Shown here in pieces: positions 9,837 through 19,086 of a stretch of 64,000 nucleotides of DNA. The notes under the pieces were generated by a model. That model was not told the DNA's origin. It saw nothing but the letters and a program-made list of their open reading frames with translations, and searched no databases. Source of the stretch: Ignavibacteriales bacterium (GTDB lineage: Bacteria > Bacteroidota > Ignavibacteria > Ignavibacteriales > Melioribacteraceae); NCBI GenBank assembly GCA_027348115.1, contig DAIEQA010000109.1, positions 3,104-67,103 on the forward strand. Direction: 5' to 3'. The position numbers and the translations under genes were made by a program. How positions within the stretch are numbered: the stretch's first letter is position 1; every line of letters starts with the position of its first letter.

Positions 9837-11252
9837 TTATTTCATCAGTACAAATTTCTTTGTTTGGCTGAATGAACCTGCTTCCAATCTATAAAAGTAA
9901 ACTCCACTTGGTAGCTCGCTTCCATCGAAAGTTACCTGGTAATTGCCGGGAGATTTTTGTTCGTTGACGAGTGTGGAAATTTCTTGACCGAGTACGTCGT
10001 AAACTTTAAGTGTAACCAACCTCACCCTTTGTCCCTCTCCTTGCGAAGGAGAGGGAATTGAAAATTGTATTGTTGTTGTTGGGTTAAACGGGTTGGGGAA
10101 GTTTTGTTCTAAAATAAACTGATTTGGAATACTGGTCGATTGGTTGACGCCAGTTATTTTATCAACTACATGGATATAGACATAAGGTGAATCAACAAGC
10201 ATATTGAAATATTGATTGCGAGGCGGATAATTTATTTTATTGATGATTTGATTCTGCTGAAAGGAATAAATGTTAATAGAATCGTTCTCTGTAAATGTTA
10301 AGAAATTTTCTTGTGTATCTGTACCTAGGCTCGAGCCTAACGAAAGAATAATTTCTTTTTGTCCAAATGATAGATTATTTGAATTGAAATGCCGTCTTGC
10401 AAGATTCTGATCATCTATAAAATAAAGATAACCATTCTTAACAGTCCAAAACGATTGCCACGAATTAAATGAAAGAACATCGACCTTTACAAATGAAGAA
10501 TCTTTTAGCTTTTCAATAAATAGCGAGGGCGACCATTCAAAGCTTATAATTGACAATGAATCATTGAGAGAATAACATTTTTCCGGTGCGGCAAAGAAAG
10601 GTGATTCTACATCGGGAAAGGTTACTTTATTTTTTACGACTAGATTATTTTGCGAATCAAAATTTATGAGATAATAGGAATAACCATAATCATCCGTGGT
10701 AGTCGCAGCTAAGAGGTAATCATTGTGAATTCGACCTACAATATGTATTGGGGTTAACGAGGTTGAACCGTTATTTAAAGAGTATAGGGAATCAGAAGAT
10801 AAATAATATCCCGCATGACTTATGCAGTTGGTTAGTATTAAGCCTTTTTCTACGTTAAGAATATTAGCTGCTCCGGATAAGTAAGTTCCGGTTCCACATT
10901 CAGGGTAACGTCCGCCAAAAAGAGAAAATTCGTTGGAGGTGGAAGAATTAATTAATCTCATTTGAAAAGAAGAGGGTGGACCAATGGAGGTATTATATTC
11001 GTCGGTTGTAATCCTCTTAATAAAATACCGTGTTTTATTAAATGTAAAAATATTCTCGAATGCTTCCTGAGTCTTTCCCGAAGATGTGGTAATCGATTCC
11101 CAGTGTTCAACCCTGTCGTTAGTATCTACCGTACTCTGATAGAAATTAATTCTTAATAATGAGCCTTCAGTTACTGTCTGCTGGGAATAAATTGCATTAT
11201 AAAAAAGAATTATTAGAATGTTACAGTAAAAAAATATTTTGCTTTTAACCAT
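9837..11252 (-). CDS. Secreted hypothetical protein with T9SS C-terminal sorting domain
   Basis: ATG 11252 gives a good signal peptide ([25 protein letters not shown]). The C-terminal ~90 aa are nearly identical to the neighbouring gene's Por_Secre_tail. Confidence 0.75.
   Translation of the reverse strand: MVKSKIFFYCNILIILFYNAIYSQQTVTEGSLLRINFYQSTVDTNDRVEHWESITTSSGKTQEAFENIFTFNKTRYFIKRITTDEYNTSIGPPSSFQMRLINSSTSNEFSLFGGRYPECGTGTYLSGAANILNVEKGLILTNCISHAGYYLSSDSLYSLNNGSTSLTPIHIVGRIHNDYLLAATTTDDYGYSYYLINFDSQNNLVVKNKVTFPDVESPFFAAPEKCYSLNDSLSIISFEWSPSLFIEKLKDSSFVKVDVLSFNSWQSFWTVKNGYLYFIDDQNLARRHFNSNNLSFGQKEIILSLGSSLGTDTQENFLTFTENDSINIYSFQQNQIINKINYPPRNQYFNMLVDSPYVYIHVVDKITGVNQSTSIPNQFILEQNFPNPFNPTTTIQFSIPSPSQGEGQRVRLVTLKVYDVLGQEISTLVNEQKSPGNYQVTFDGSELPSGVYFYRLEAGSFSQTKKFVLMK
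10033..10055. repeat. Second copy of the CCCTCTCCTT-GCG-AAGGAGAGGG palindrome inside a coding sequence
   Basis: Identical to 7770-7792. It lies within a 100-nt block (9986-10085 vs 7723-7822) that has a single mismatch. Confidence 0.85.
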
Positions 11253-11349
11253 TGTACCCCCGGGTACATTTTTAATTTCACAAACAAATAACAAAAATTT
11301 ACTGTAAAGGGCAATGAATAAAATTGTATTAATATTGCAGAAAATAGAA

Positions 11350-11373
11350 AGAGACGAGGCATGCCTCGTCTCT
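11350..11373 (-). terminator. Terminator hairpin downstream of aconitase
   Basis: 24-nt perfect palindrome AGAGACGAGGCATGCCTCGTCTCT, 10 nt past the TAA at 11384-11386, followed on the minus strand by a T-rich run. Confidence 0.7.
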
Positions 11374-11383
11374 ACAAGTGCGC

Positions 11384-13927
11384 TTATTTTTTCTTTTTAA
11401 CAACCTTTTTTGCTGCAACTTTCTTTGTCTTAGCTTTTGCTACTTTTATAGCTACTGCTTTTTTAACCACTTTCTTTACTACAGCCTTTTTAGCTTTCGC
11501 CGGTTTTTTAACAGCTGCTTTCTTTACAGCATTAACAGCTTTTTTAGCGGAAGCTTTTTTAACAACTTTCTTAGCTGCAGTTTTCTTTGCCGGTTTTGCT
11601 TTAACAACTTTTTTCTTAGCAACGGGTTTTATAGCAGCTTTCTTTACAACTTTTTTAACCGGTGCGGCTTTTTGGCTTTGAGCAATCAAATTTAATGCGC
11701 CGCCGGCTTTGAACCATTCAATCTGTCCTGCATTGAAAGAATGATTCAGCCAAATTTCTTCTGTGCTGCCGTCTTTGTGTTTAATTATTAACTGCAATTG
11801 TTTTTCCGGTGCGAAATCATTTAATCCTACAAGACTAAGTGTGTCGTCTTCCTGGATTTTATCGTAATCACTTGGATCGGAGAAAGTTAAAGGAAGCATA
11901 CCTTGTTTCTTTAGATTGGTTTCGTGAATACGCGCGAAACTCTTTGTGATAATTGCTTTGCCGCCGAGAAAGCGCGGTTCCATTGCTGCATGTTCGCGCG
12001 ACGAACCTTCTCCGTAGTTTTCATCTCCTACAACCACCCAGCCGATTGCCTGGGCTTTGTATTCGCGTGCAACTTCGTGAACCGGTTGATAATATTCGGT
12101 AAACTGATTTTTTGCTTGGCCGGGTTTTCCGGTAAATGCGTTGATGGCGCCAAGAAACATATTCTTGGAAATATTATCGAGATGTCCGCGGAATTTAAGC
12201 CATGAACCCGCCGGCGAGATATGATCTGTAGTGCATTTGCCTTTTGCTTTAAGTAGCAGCGGCATATCAGTAAAATCTTTTCCGTTCCATGGCTTGAACT
12301 GTTCCATAAATTCGAGACGTTCGCTTTGCGCAGGCATTTTAATTTCAGTTTTGAATCCGTCTTTTGAAGGAGCGAGAAAACCTTTTGTGTCCTTCATGAA
12401 ACCTTGAGCGGGTAATTCATCTCCGTACGGAGGATCAAGCTTTACCTGTTCGCCGTTTTCGTTTGTTAAGTAGTCTGTTTCGGGATTGAACGAAAGACTA
12501 CCCGCGATTGCGAGAGCAGTTACTAATTCTGGACTGGCGACAAACGAAAGCGTTTCCGGATTGTTATCGTTTCTCTTTGCAAAATTTCTGTTGAATGAAT
12601 TTACAATAGTGTTTCTTTCACCGATTGATATATCCATTCTTTTCCACATACCGATGCAAGGACCGCAAGCGTTGGCAAGGACTTGTCCGCCAAATTCAGT
12701 GAGGGTTTGCAATTGTCCGTCGCGTTCAATTGTTGCGCGGACTTGTTCTGAACCCGGAGTAATTTTGAATTCGGATTTTGCTTTTAATCCTTTAGCCAAT
12801 GCTTGACGAGCGATGTTTGCAGAGCGGTCGATATCTTCGTAGCTCGAATTTGTGCAGCTTCCGATTAAAGCAACGCTGATTTTATCCGGATAGTTATTTG
12901 CGACAACATCTTCTTTCATTCTCGAAATCGGGTGAGCGAGATCCGGAGTAAACGGACCATTAAGATATGGCTCAAGTTCATTTAAATCGATTTCAATTAC
13001 CTGGTCATAATATTTTGATGGATCGGCATAAACTTCATGATCGGCTTTTAAGACATCCGCAAGCTGAGTCGCGAGTTTAGCAACGTCGGCGCGATCAGTC
13101 TTTGTTAAGTAAGCAGCCATCTTTTCATCAAAAGGAAATATAGAACATGTTGCGCCAACTTCAGCACCCATGTTGCAAATAGTTGCTTTGCCGGTACCGG
13201 AAATTGAATCGGCGCCTTCGCCGAAATATTCTACAATAGCACCGGTTCCTCCTTTAACGGTAAGAAGTCCGGCAACTTTAAGAATAACATCTTTTGGAGA
13301 GGTCCAGCCGGATAATTTACCGGTAAGATGAACGCCGATAAGTTTTGGCCATTTTAATTCCCAGGGCATTCCGGCCATAACGTCAACTACATCCGCACCA
13401 CCGACTCCGATTGCGATCATTCCAAGTCCGCCTGCATTTGGAGTATGAGAATCAGAACCGATCATCATCCCGCCGGGGAAGGCGTAATTTTCCAGAATTA
13501 CCTGGTGAATAATTCCGGCGCCGGGTTTCCAGAATCCGACTCCGTATTTTTGACAGATACTTTCGAGGAACTCATAAACTTCTCTGTTTTCATCGATAGC
13601 TTTTTCGAGGTCTTCCTTCGATCCGTTTTGCGCCACGATTAAGTGATCGGCATGAGCAGTGGCAGGTACAGCGGCACTTTTTCTGCCGGCATGCATAAAT
13701 TGCAGCATAGCCATTTGAGCGGTCGCGTCTTGCATTGCAACTCGGTCCGGCGCGAATTCGGCAAAAGCTTTGCCTCTATCTAATTCTCCTTTTGCAGGTT
13801 CCCAAAGATGTGAGTATAGAATTTTTTCGGCGTAAGTTAATGGTCTTCCGACAACTTTACGTGCATGCTCAACTTTATCTCTAAAACCCGCATAAACTTT
13901 TTGAATCATATCAAAGTTAGCAGTCAT
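11384..13927 (-). CDS. acn: Aconitate hydratase (mitochondrial-type, ~750-aa core) with a ~95-aa Lys/Ala/Val-rich histone-H1-like C-terminal tail
   Basis: Full-length aconitase motifs are present ([53 protein letters not shown]). The core ends near ...[11 protein letters not shown] and continues in frame as [21 protein letters not shown]...KKVVKKKK. Confidence 0.93.
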   Translation of the reverse strand: MTANFDMIQKVYAGFRDKVEHARKVVGRPLTYAEKILYSHLWEPAKGELDRGKAFAEFAPDRVAMQDATAQMAMLQFMHAGRKSAAVPATAHADHLIVAQNGSKEDLEKAIDENREVYEFLESICQKYGVGFWKPGAGIIHQVILENYAFPGGMMIGSDSHTPNAGGLGMIAIGVGGADVVDVMAGMPWELKWPKLIGVHLTGKLSGWTSPKDVILKVAGLLTVKGGTGAIVEYFGEGADSISGTGKATICNMGAEVGATCSIFPFDEKMAAYLTKTDRADVAKLATQLADVLKADHEVYADPSKYYDQVIEIDLNELEPYLNGPFTPDLAHPISRMKEDVVANNYPDKISVALIGSCTNSSYEDIDRSANIARQALAKGLKAKSEFKITPGSEQVRATIERDGQLQTLTEFGGQVLANACGPCIGMWKRMDISIGERNTIVNSFNRNFAKRNDNNPETLSFVASPELVTALAIAGSLSFNPETDYLTNENGEQVKLDPPYGDELPAQGFMKDTKGFLAPSKDGFKTEIKMPAQSERLEFMEQFKPWNGKDFTDMPLLLKAKGKCTTDHISPAGSWLKFRGHLDNISKNMFLGAINAFTGKPGQAKNQFTEYYQPVHEVAREYKAQAIGWVVVGDENYGEGSSREHAAMEPRFLGGKAIITKSFARIHETNLKKQGMLPLTFSDPSDYDKIQEDDTLSLVGLNDFAPEKQLQLIIKHKDGSTEEIWLNHSFNAGQIEWFKAGGALNLIAQSQKAAPVKKVVKKAAIKPVAKKKVVKAKPAKKTAAKKVVKKASAKKAVNAVKKAAVKKPAKAKKAVVKKVVKKAVAIKVAKAKTKKVAAKKVVKKKK

Positions 13928-13999
13928 TTTATTTCCTTATGTGGTTAATTATTTTAAGATGTACAAAGATAAAAAATTTTCAAATGATTGTATTGTATC

Positions 14000-14022
14000 G
14001 TAGGGTCGAGGTTTCCTCGACC
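14000..14022. repeat. REP hairpin GTAGGGTCGAGG-TTT-CCTCGACC
   Basis: 8-bp stem GGTCGAGG/CCTCGACC, upstream of the RAYT gene. Confidence 0.8.
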
Positions 14023-14079
14023 GAATGTTTATATACTTCAAATTATTCACGTGGTCGGCTACATTTTGGCGTTAGCAAT

Positions 14080-14106
14080 GTAGGTTCGACGTGACGTCGA
14101 CCCTAC
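14080..14106. repeat. REP variant hairpin GTAGGTTCGACG-TGA-CGTCGACCCTAC
   Basis: Long imperfect palindrome with the same GTAGG...CCTAC ends, upstream of the RAYT gene. Confidence 0.75.
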
Positions 14107-14167
14107 AACATTCAATTTGAAATATATTTTTGAATGGAATACATTTACCTAAACATTGCACAACGTT

Positions 14168-14677
14168 ATGCTAGAACGTAAAAGAACACGTCTCAAGGAG
14201 TTTGATTATTCTTCTTCCAACTACTATTTTATTACAATATGTACGCAGAATAAAATATCATTGTTTGGTAATGTAAACAATGAGACCCTCTTGCTGAATG
14301 GAATAGGTGAAATTGTTAAAAAATGCTGGTTGGAGATAAAAGAACATTTTACCAATATCGATTTGGATGAATTCGTAATAATGCCTAATCATTTCCATGG
14401 AATAATAATTATTGATGGCATTGTAGGGTTGAGGTCTCCTCAACCCGATGCAATCACAAAACAGTTTTCGTTAAGCCAAATCGTGGCATATTTCAAGTAT
14501 CAATCTACTAGAAAAGTAAATGAACAACGCCCTGCAGCAAATGGCAAAGTTTGGCAAAGATCATTTTACGATCGGATCATTAGGAATGAAAAAGAATTAT
14601 ATATGATTAGGAATTATATAAGATATAATGCATCGAAATGGAATGATGTTTTAGGCGAAGAGAATCTTGAGTTATAA
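14168..14677 (+). CDS. REP-associated tyrosine transposase (RAYT, IS200/IS605-like Y1 HUH enzyme)
   Basis: YFITICTQNK, HUH motif MPNHFHGIII, and a C-terminal YIRYNASKW tyrosine region. Flanked by REP hairpins. ATG 14168 lies inside ORF 14156..14677. Confidence 0.85.
   Translation: MLERKRTRLKEFDYSSSNYYFITICTQNKISLFGNVNNETLLLNGIGEIVKKCWLEIKEHFTNIDLDEFVIMPNHFHGIIIIDGIVGLRSPQPDAITKQFSLSQIVAYFKYQSTRKVNEQRPAANGKVWQRSFYDRIIRNEKELYMIRNYIRYNASKWNDVLGEENLEL
14423..14446. repeat. REP-like hairpin embedded in the RAYT coding sequence
   Basis: GTAGGGTTGAGG-TCT-CCTCAACCC copies the flanking REP, with paired C>T / G>A changes that keep the stem. It encodes VGLRSPQP. Confidence 0.6.
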
Positions 14678-14692
14678 AATTATTTTAACTAA

Positions 14693-14717
14693 AGGGTCGA
14701 GGAGACCTCGACCCTAC
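14693..14717. repeat. REP hairpin AGGGTCGAGG-AGA-CCTCGACCCTAC
   Basis: 9-bp stem filling the 41-nt gap between the convergent RAYT and tex stops. Probably also serves as a terminator. Confidence 0.8.
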
Positions 14718-14718
14718 A

Positions 14719-16890
14719 TTAATTAATCATGCTTAATGATATACGCTGCTTCTGCACATCCACTGAAAGGATTGTCACGTCAATAATGTCACCAACTTTT
14801 AAGAGTTCGAGCGGATTCTTCACATACTTATTCGCGATTTGTGAAATATGAAGAAGCCCATCCTGCTTTACGCCGATATCTACGAACGCGCCAAAATCAA
14901 CTACGTTACGGACAGTACCTTTTAGTTTCATACCCGGCTGCAAGTCTTCCATTTTCAAAACATCGCTGCGCAAGATCTGCTTAGGCATTTCATCGCGCGG
15001 GTCGCGGCCGGGTTTTTTCAAGTTATCTAAAATATCCTTCAACGTCGGTTCACCGACTCCAACTTCTTCGGCAACTTTTTTTACACCCTTGGTTTTTACG
15101 TAAAGCTCAACGAGATTTCCTTTTTCATTAATGTGAGTAGTAGAGAGTTCGCATAGTTTTAAAAGTTTTGTTGTTGCTTCATAAGATTCGGGATGTATAG
15201 AAGTATTATCCAGCGGGTTTTCGCCTTCACGGATTCTTAAAAATCCGGCGCACTGTTCAAAAGCTTTTTCACCTATGCCGGATACTTCCATAAGTTCTTT
15301 GCGATTTTTGAATCTTCCGGTTTTATCACGGTACTTGATAACATTATTGGCAATTCGTTTGTTGAGTCCGGAAACATAATTAAGCAGTGAAGCTGAAGCG
15401 GTATTAACATCTACACCAACGAAATTAACGCAGCTTTCAACAACATCATCCAATTTTTTTGAAAGTAATTTTTGATCGACATCATGCTGGTAAAGTCCAA
15501 CGCCTATTGATTTCGGATCAATCTTTACAAGCTCAGCGAGAGGATCAAGCACGCGTCGGGCGATTGAAATATTTCCGCGCTGACTCGCTTCAAGATCCGG
15601 GAATTCTTCTTTAGCAACCGGACTTGCAGAGTAAACCGAGGCACCGGCTTCATTCACAATAAGGTAATGGCAATCCAATTTATTTTCTTTGATTAACTCA
15701 GCAACCATTAATTCCGTTTCCCTGCTGGCCGTGCCGTTGCCAATTGCGATTAATTTTACTTCATACTTATTAACTAGTTGCAGAATAGTTTTTTTTGCGT
15801 CAGCCATTTTATTCTGCGGAGGATGCGGATAAATTGTAATTCCTTCCAGGTATTTCCCGGTTGTATCTATAACCGCAAGTTTGGAACCGGAGACGTAACC
15901 CGGGTCGATTCCCAGAATATTTTTACTGTTAATCGGTGGCTGAAGGAGCAGCTGGCGTAGGTTTGCCGCGAATATTTCTATGGCGTGAAGATCGGAAATC
16001 TCGCTAAGCTGGTTGCGTACGTCGCGTTCAATTGAAGGATAAATTAACCGCATGAAAGAATCTTCGGTTACTTCCTCAAGTATATCGAGGAAAGCGGATT
16101 CATCATAAGTAAAATATTTATCAAAAATAATATTAAGAACCGCGGGCTGATCGAAGCTTAATACTACTTTTAGGAACGTTTCCTTCTCGCCGCGGTTGAG
16201 CGCGAGCACCTGGTAAGGTTTTATTTTGTTTATCTGGCAAGAAAAATTATGATAGACTTCATAAACATCTTTTTTGCCCGCTTTAAGTTCTTCTTTCTTT
16301 GCTTCGGCTTTTGAAGAAACAACGGAAGCTTCCTCAAGCAGAAAATCTCGGACAGCCTGGCGAACATCGGCGCTTTCGCTTATCATTTCCGCGATGATAT
16401 CCTTAGCGCCTTGAAGAGCTTCATCAATATTGTTTACGCCCAACTCAATGTTGATATACTTTTCAAGCTCTTTGTCAAAATCACCTTTGAAATTTGGATT
16501 TTCAATTATGAACAACGCAAGAGGTTCTAATCCTTTTGCCTTTGCGATTGTTCCACGCGTTTTGCGTTTTGGTTTGTAAGGAAGATATAAATCTTCAACT
16601 TCCTGAAGCTTTATAGCTGCCAGAATTTTATCTCTTAGTTCATCGGTTAACTTGCCTTGCTCTTCTATGCTTTTCAAAACAGTCTGTTTTCTTTCTTCAA
16701 GAATTGTAAGGTAGCTCAGTCTGTCCTCAATCTGGCGGAGAAAATCTTCATCAAGTCCGCCCGTGTGTTCTTTACGGTAACGAGCGATGAAAGGAACCGT
16801 AGCTCCTTCGCTGAATAAATTTATAACTGTCTTAACCTGTTTTTCGAGAACGTTTAATTCTTTTGCTATAACTAAAGGAATGTTCATCAA
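14719..16890 (-). CDS. tex: Tex-like RNA-binding transcription accessory protein
   Basis: N-terminal Tex HTH (ATVPFIARYRKE), a YqgF/RuvC-like centre, HhH repeats, and a C-terminal S1 domain (GMKLKGTVRNVVDFGAFVDIG). Confidence 0.92.
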   Translation of the reverse strand: MMNIPLVIAKELNVLEKQVKTVINLFSEGATVPFIARYRKEHTGGLDEDFLRQIEDRLSYLTILEERKQTVLKSIEEQGKLTDELRDKILAAIKLQEVEDLYLPYKPKRKTRGTIAKAKGLEPLALFIIENPNFKGDFDKELEKYINIELGVNNIDEALQGAKDIIAEMISESADVRQAVRDFLLEEASVVSSKAEAKKEELKAGKKDVYEVYHNFSCQINKIKPYQVLALNRGEKETFLKVVLSFDQPAVLNIIFDKYFTYDESAFLDILEEVTEDSFMRLIYPSIERDVRNQLSEISDLHAIEIFAANLRQLLLQPPINSKNILGIDPGYVSGSKLAVIDTTGKYLEGITIYPHPPQNKMADAKKTILQLVNKYEVKLIAIGNGTASRETELMVAELIKENKLDCHYLIVNEAGASVYSASPVAKEEFPDLEASQRGNISIARRVLDPLAELVKIDPKSIGVGLYQHDVDQKLLSKKLDDVVESCVNFVGVDVNTASASLLNYVSGLNKRIANNVIKYRDKTGRFKNRKELMEVSGIGEKAFEQCAGFLRIREGENPLDNTSIHPESYEATTKLLKLCELSTTHINEKGNLVELYVKTKGVKKVAEEVGVGEPTLKDILDNLKKPGRDPRDEMPKQILRSDVLKMEDLQPGMKLKGTVRNVVDFGAFVDIGVKQDGLLHISQIANKYVKNPLELLKVGDIIDVTILSVDVQKQRISLSMIN

Positions 16891-17043
16891 ATTACCTGAA
16901 TTTTTTAGAAGTGCAAATCAAATGTAATGAAAAGAAAGATTCCACTTGAAAATGTATTTTTCTTCAAATGTTGACATCCAACTTCCAAAACTTGCGTTAA
17001 GGTAAAATTGTATTTATGTTTTATTCAGCAAGTAGGAAAAAGG

Positions 17044-17271
17044 ATGAACAATGGATCAATAAAATATATTTATTGGCAGGATGATAATTTCTGGTTAGGA
17101 TATATTGAAGATTATCCTGATTATGTAACTCAAGGGGAAAGTTTGAAAGAGCTAACAGAGAATCTTGAGGACATTTATAAGGAACTGGTAAGTGGTAAAA
17201 TTCCTAATGTTAGAAAAACCGCTGTGTTAAAACTAAAAAGGAAAAGTGGCGCGAAGAAAAAAATTCAATAA
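17044..17271 (+). CDS. hicB: HicB-like antitoxin (short form, no obvious DNA-binding domain)
   Basis: YIYWQDDNFWLGYIEDYPDYVTQGESLKELTENLEDIYKEL fits the HicB/UPF0150 N-terminal fold. It lies directly upstream of hicA. Confidence 0.65.
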   Translation: MNNGSIKYIYWQDDNFWLGYIEDYPDYVTQGESLKELTENLEDIYKELVSGKIPNVRKTAVLKLKRKSGAKKKIQ

Positions 17272-17307
17272 ATTTTCTTATTAAGATTTTATTATGGGTA
17301 GGATGTA

Positions 17308-17490
17308 TTGAAACGTAAAGATTTAATAAGAAAAATCGAACAAGCTGGTTGCGTTTTGATTCGCCATGGTAGCAAACATGATTGGTATCAAAATCCCAAA
17401 ACAAAAATCTCTCAACCTATTCTGCGTCACAATGAAATCAATGAATATCTGGCAAAACATTTTATGAAAATGTTAGGTAATTCAAAATAA
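17308..17490 (+). CDS. hicA: HicA family mRNA interferase toxin
   Basis: TTG start. MKRKDLIRKIEQAGCVLIRHGSKHDWYQNP is the HicA/YcfA signature. Confidence 0.8.
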   Translation: MKRKDLIRKIEQAGCVLIRHGSKHDWYQNPKTKISQPILRHNEINEYLAKHFMKMLGNSK

Positions 17491-17492
17491 TA

Positions 17493-18098
17493 TTATCCGT
17501 ATAACTCTGTTTCTACCAACTCACAAATTATATGCGCAACCGTAATATGACCTTCTTGAATACGTTGTGTGTTAGCGGAGGGGATAATAACAGGGAGATC
17601 AACAATATCTTTTAACTTGCCGCCGGTTCCTCCTAAAAAACCAACGACAAACATTTTTTTCTCATGAGCTTTATCAACAGCTTTAATAATGTTAGGCGAG
17701 TTGCCGCTTGTTGAAATAGCAATTAGAACATCGCCTGCCATGCCTAAACCTTCAACGTTCCTGGCAAAAACATTTTCGAAGCCGATATCGTTTCCGCCGG
17801 CAGTAAGGTTTGAAGTATCCGTCGTTAAAGCAATTGCAGCCAGGGCGGGTCTTTGAATGTCATGATTTAAACGAATCATAAATTCTGTAGCGATATGCTG
17901 GCAATCTGCCGCGCTGCCCCCGTTGCCGCACAATAATAATTTGTTCCCTTTGCGATAAGATTCGACAATGCTTTGTACAGCAATAAGTATTTCCACTTTG
18001 CAGGCAGATTCCATTTTTAGTTTTACATCGGAGCTTTCTTTAAGCGAATCGACAATGAATTTTTCTTTATCCAAAATTTTATCCTCTAACATTTCCAT
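17493..18098 (-). CDS. gmhA: SIS-domain D-sedoheptulose-7-phosphate isomerase
   Basis: LLCGNGGSAADCQHIATEF and ISTSGNSPN motifs. Confidence 0.85.
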   Translation of the reverse strand: MEMLEDKILDKEKFIVDSLKESSDVKLKMESACKVEILIAVQSIVESYRKGNKLLLCGNGGSAADCQHIATEFMIRLNHDIQRPALAAIALTTDTSNLTAGGNDIGFENVFARNVEGLGMAGDVLIAISTSGNSPNIIKAVDKAHEKKMFVVGFLGGTGGKLKDIVDLPVIIPSANTQRIQEGHITVAHIICELVETELYG

Positions 18099-18253
18099 TT
18101 AAAAATAAGAAAATAAAGTGACAGAACAATTACAGATACTTTGTTCGAACCCAGATTACTCATCGAATAAATGTACCGTCTTTCATTTGCTTCTTTTCCT
18201 CGCTTTGAATTAAGTTTAGGCGAATTATTCTGATAACTAATAATGTAGAAGCT

Positions 18254-19021
18254 ATGAAAAAATCCATTGTCTTTTGGACAATTGCAGTTATAATTACTAT
18301 CGCTTCGGCAATATTCCAACGTGTTACAGGGCCTACTTATCAGTTGTCGGGTTCGGTGATGTTCGAAGGTAAAAAAATTGATTACAAATTGGATAGGAGC
18401 CATAGTTCCTCATCTAATTATAAGATTGAGATTAAAACCGGCGATACTCAAATAAAGGGCGTAGTAAAGTGGAGAAAGAATTATAGAGAACGCGAACCGT
18501 TTATCGATGTCGAAATGAAAAGCGGTCAAGTTCTTACAGCAGAAATTCCGGCGCAGGCTCCGCTTGAAAAAATTCAGTACATGGTTGAACTGCATAAAGA
18601 CAGTTCCAGCGTAACTATTCCTGCGGATAAACCGGTCATAGTTCGTTTCAAAGGCGATGTGCCGTTGTGGGTTTTAATTCCGCATATCTTTGCCATGTTC
18701 TTTGCTATGATGCTCTCTACAAGAACTGCGCTTGAAAGCGCCGACAACCTGAAAAAAATTGAGAAGCTTGCTTATTGGACTGTCGTCTTTCTTTTTATCG
18801 GCGGATTCTTACTGGGCTTTATGATGAACCACTTCGCATTCGGACAAATGTGGGGTGGCTTCCCGATAGGCAACGACATTACCGACAACAAAACATTAAT
18901 TGCATTTATTGGATGGGTCCTTGCATATTATATGATTAAGAAAAAAGCTCTACCAAAACTTTTTGCAATACTCGCCGCAATACTAATGATAATTGTTTAC
19001 AGCATTCCTCACAGTGTATAG
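18254..19021 (+). CDS. Hypothetical integral membrane protein
   Basis: N-terminal TM, a ~120-aa soluble segment, then about four TM helices. No family recognised. Confidence 0.5.
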   Translation: MKKSIVFWTIAVIITIASAIFQRVTGPTYQLSGSVMFEGKKIDYKLDRSHSSSSNYKIEIKTGDTQIKGVVKWRKNYREREPFIDVEMKSGQVLTAEIPAQAPLEKIQYMVELHKDSSSVTIPADKPVIVRFKGDVPLWVLIPHIFAMFFAMMLSTRTALESADNLKKIEKLAYWTVVFLFIGGFLLGFMMNHFAFGQMWGGFPIGNDITDNKTLIAFIGWVLAYYMIKKKALPKLFAILAAILMIIVYSIPHSV

Positions 19022-19086
19022 CATGAATTTCCTCAACACGAAATATTCGGTTAGAAAAATATTACGTCTATAATCAAAGGAGAACT

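Noticed and set aside
11361-11695. Two plus-strand ORFs (106 and 105 aa, Phe/Leu/Thr/Ala-rich) opposite the aconitase tail.
   Set aside because: They are mirror-image low-complexity translations of the Lys/Ala-coding repeat on the minus strand. They lack an RBS and overlap a strongly supported gene.
18143-18152. GTTCGAACCC, a T-loop-like string suggesting a tRNA.
   Set aside because: The surrounding sequence offers no acceptor stem, D-arm or anticodon arm pairing, and the region is AT-rich promoter space between gmhA and the membrane-protein gene.
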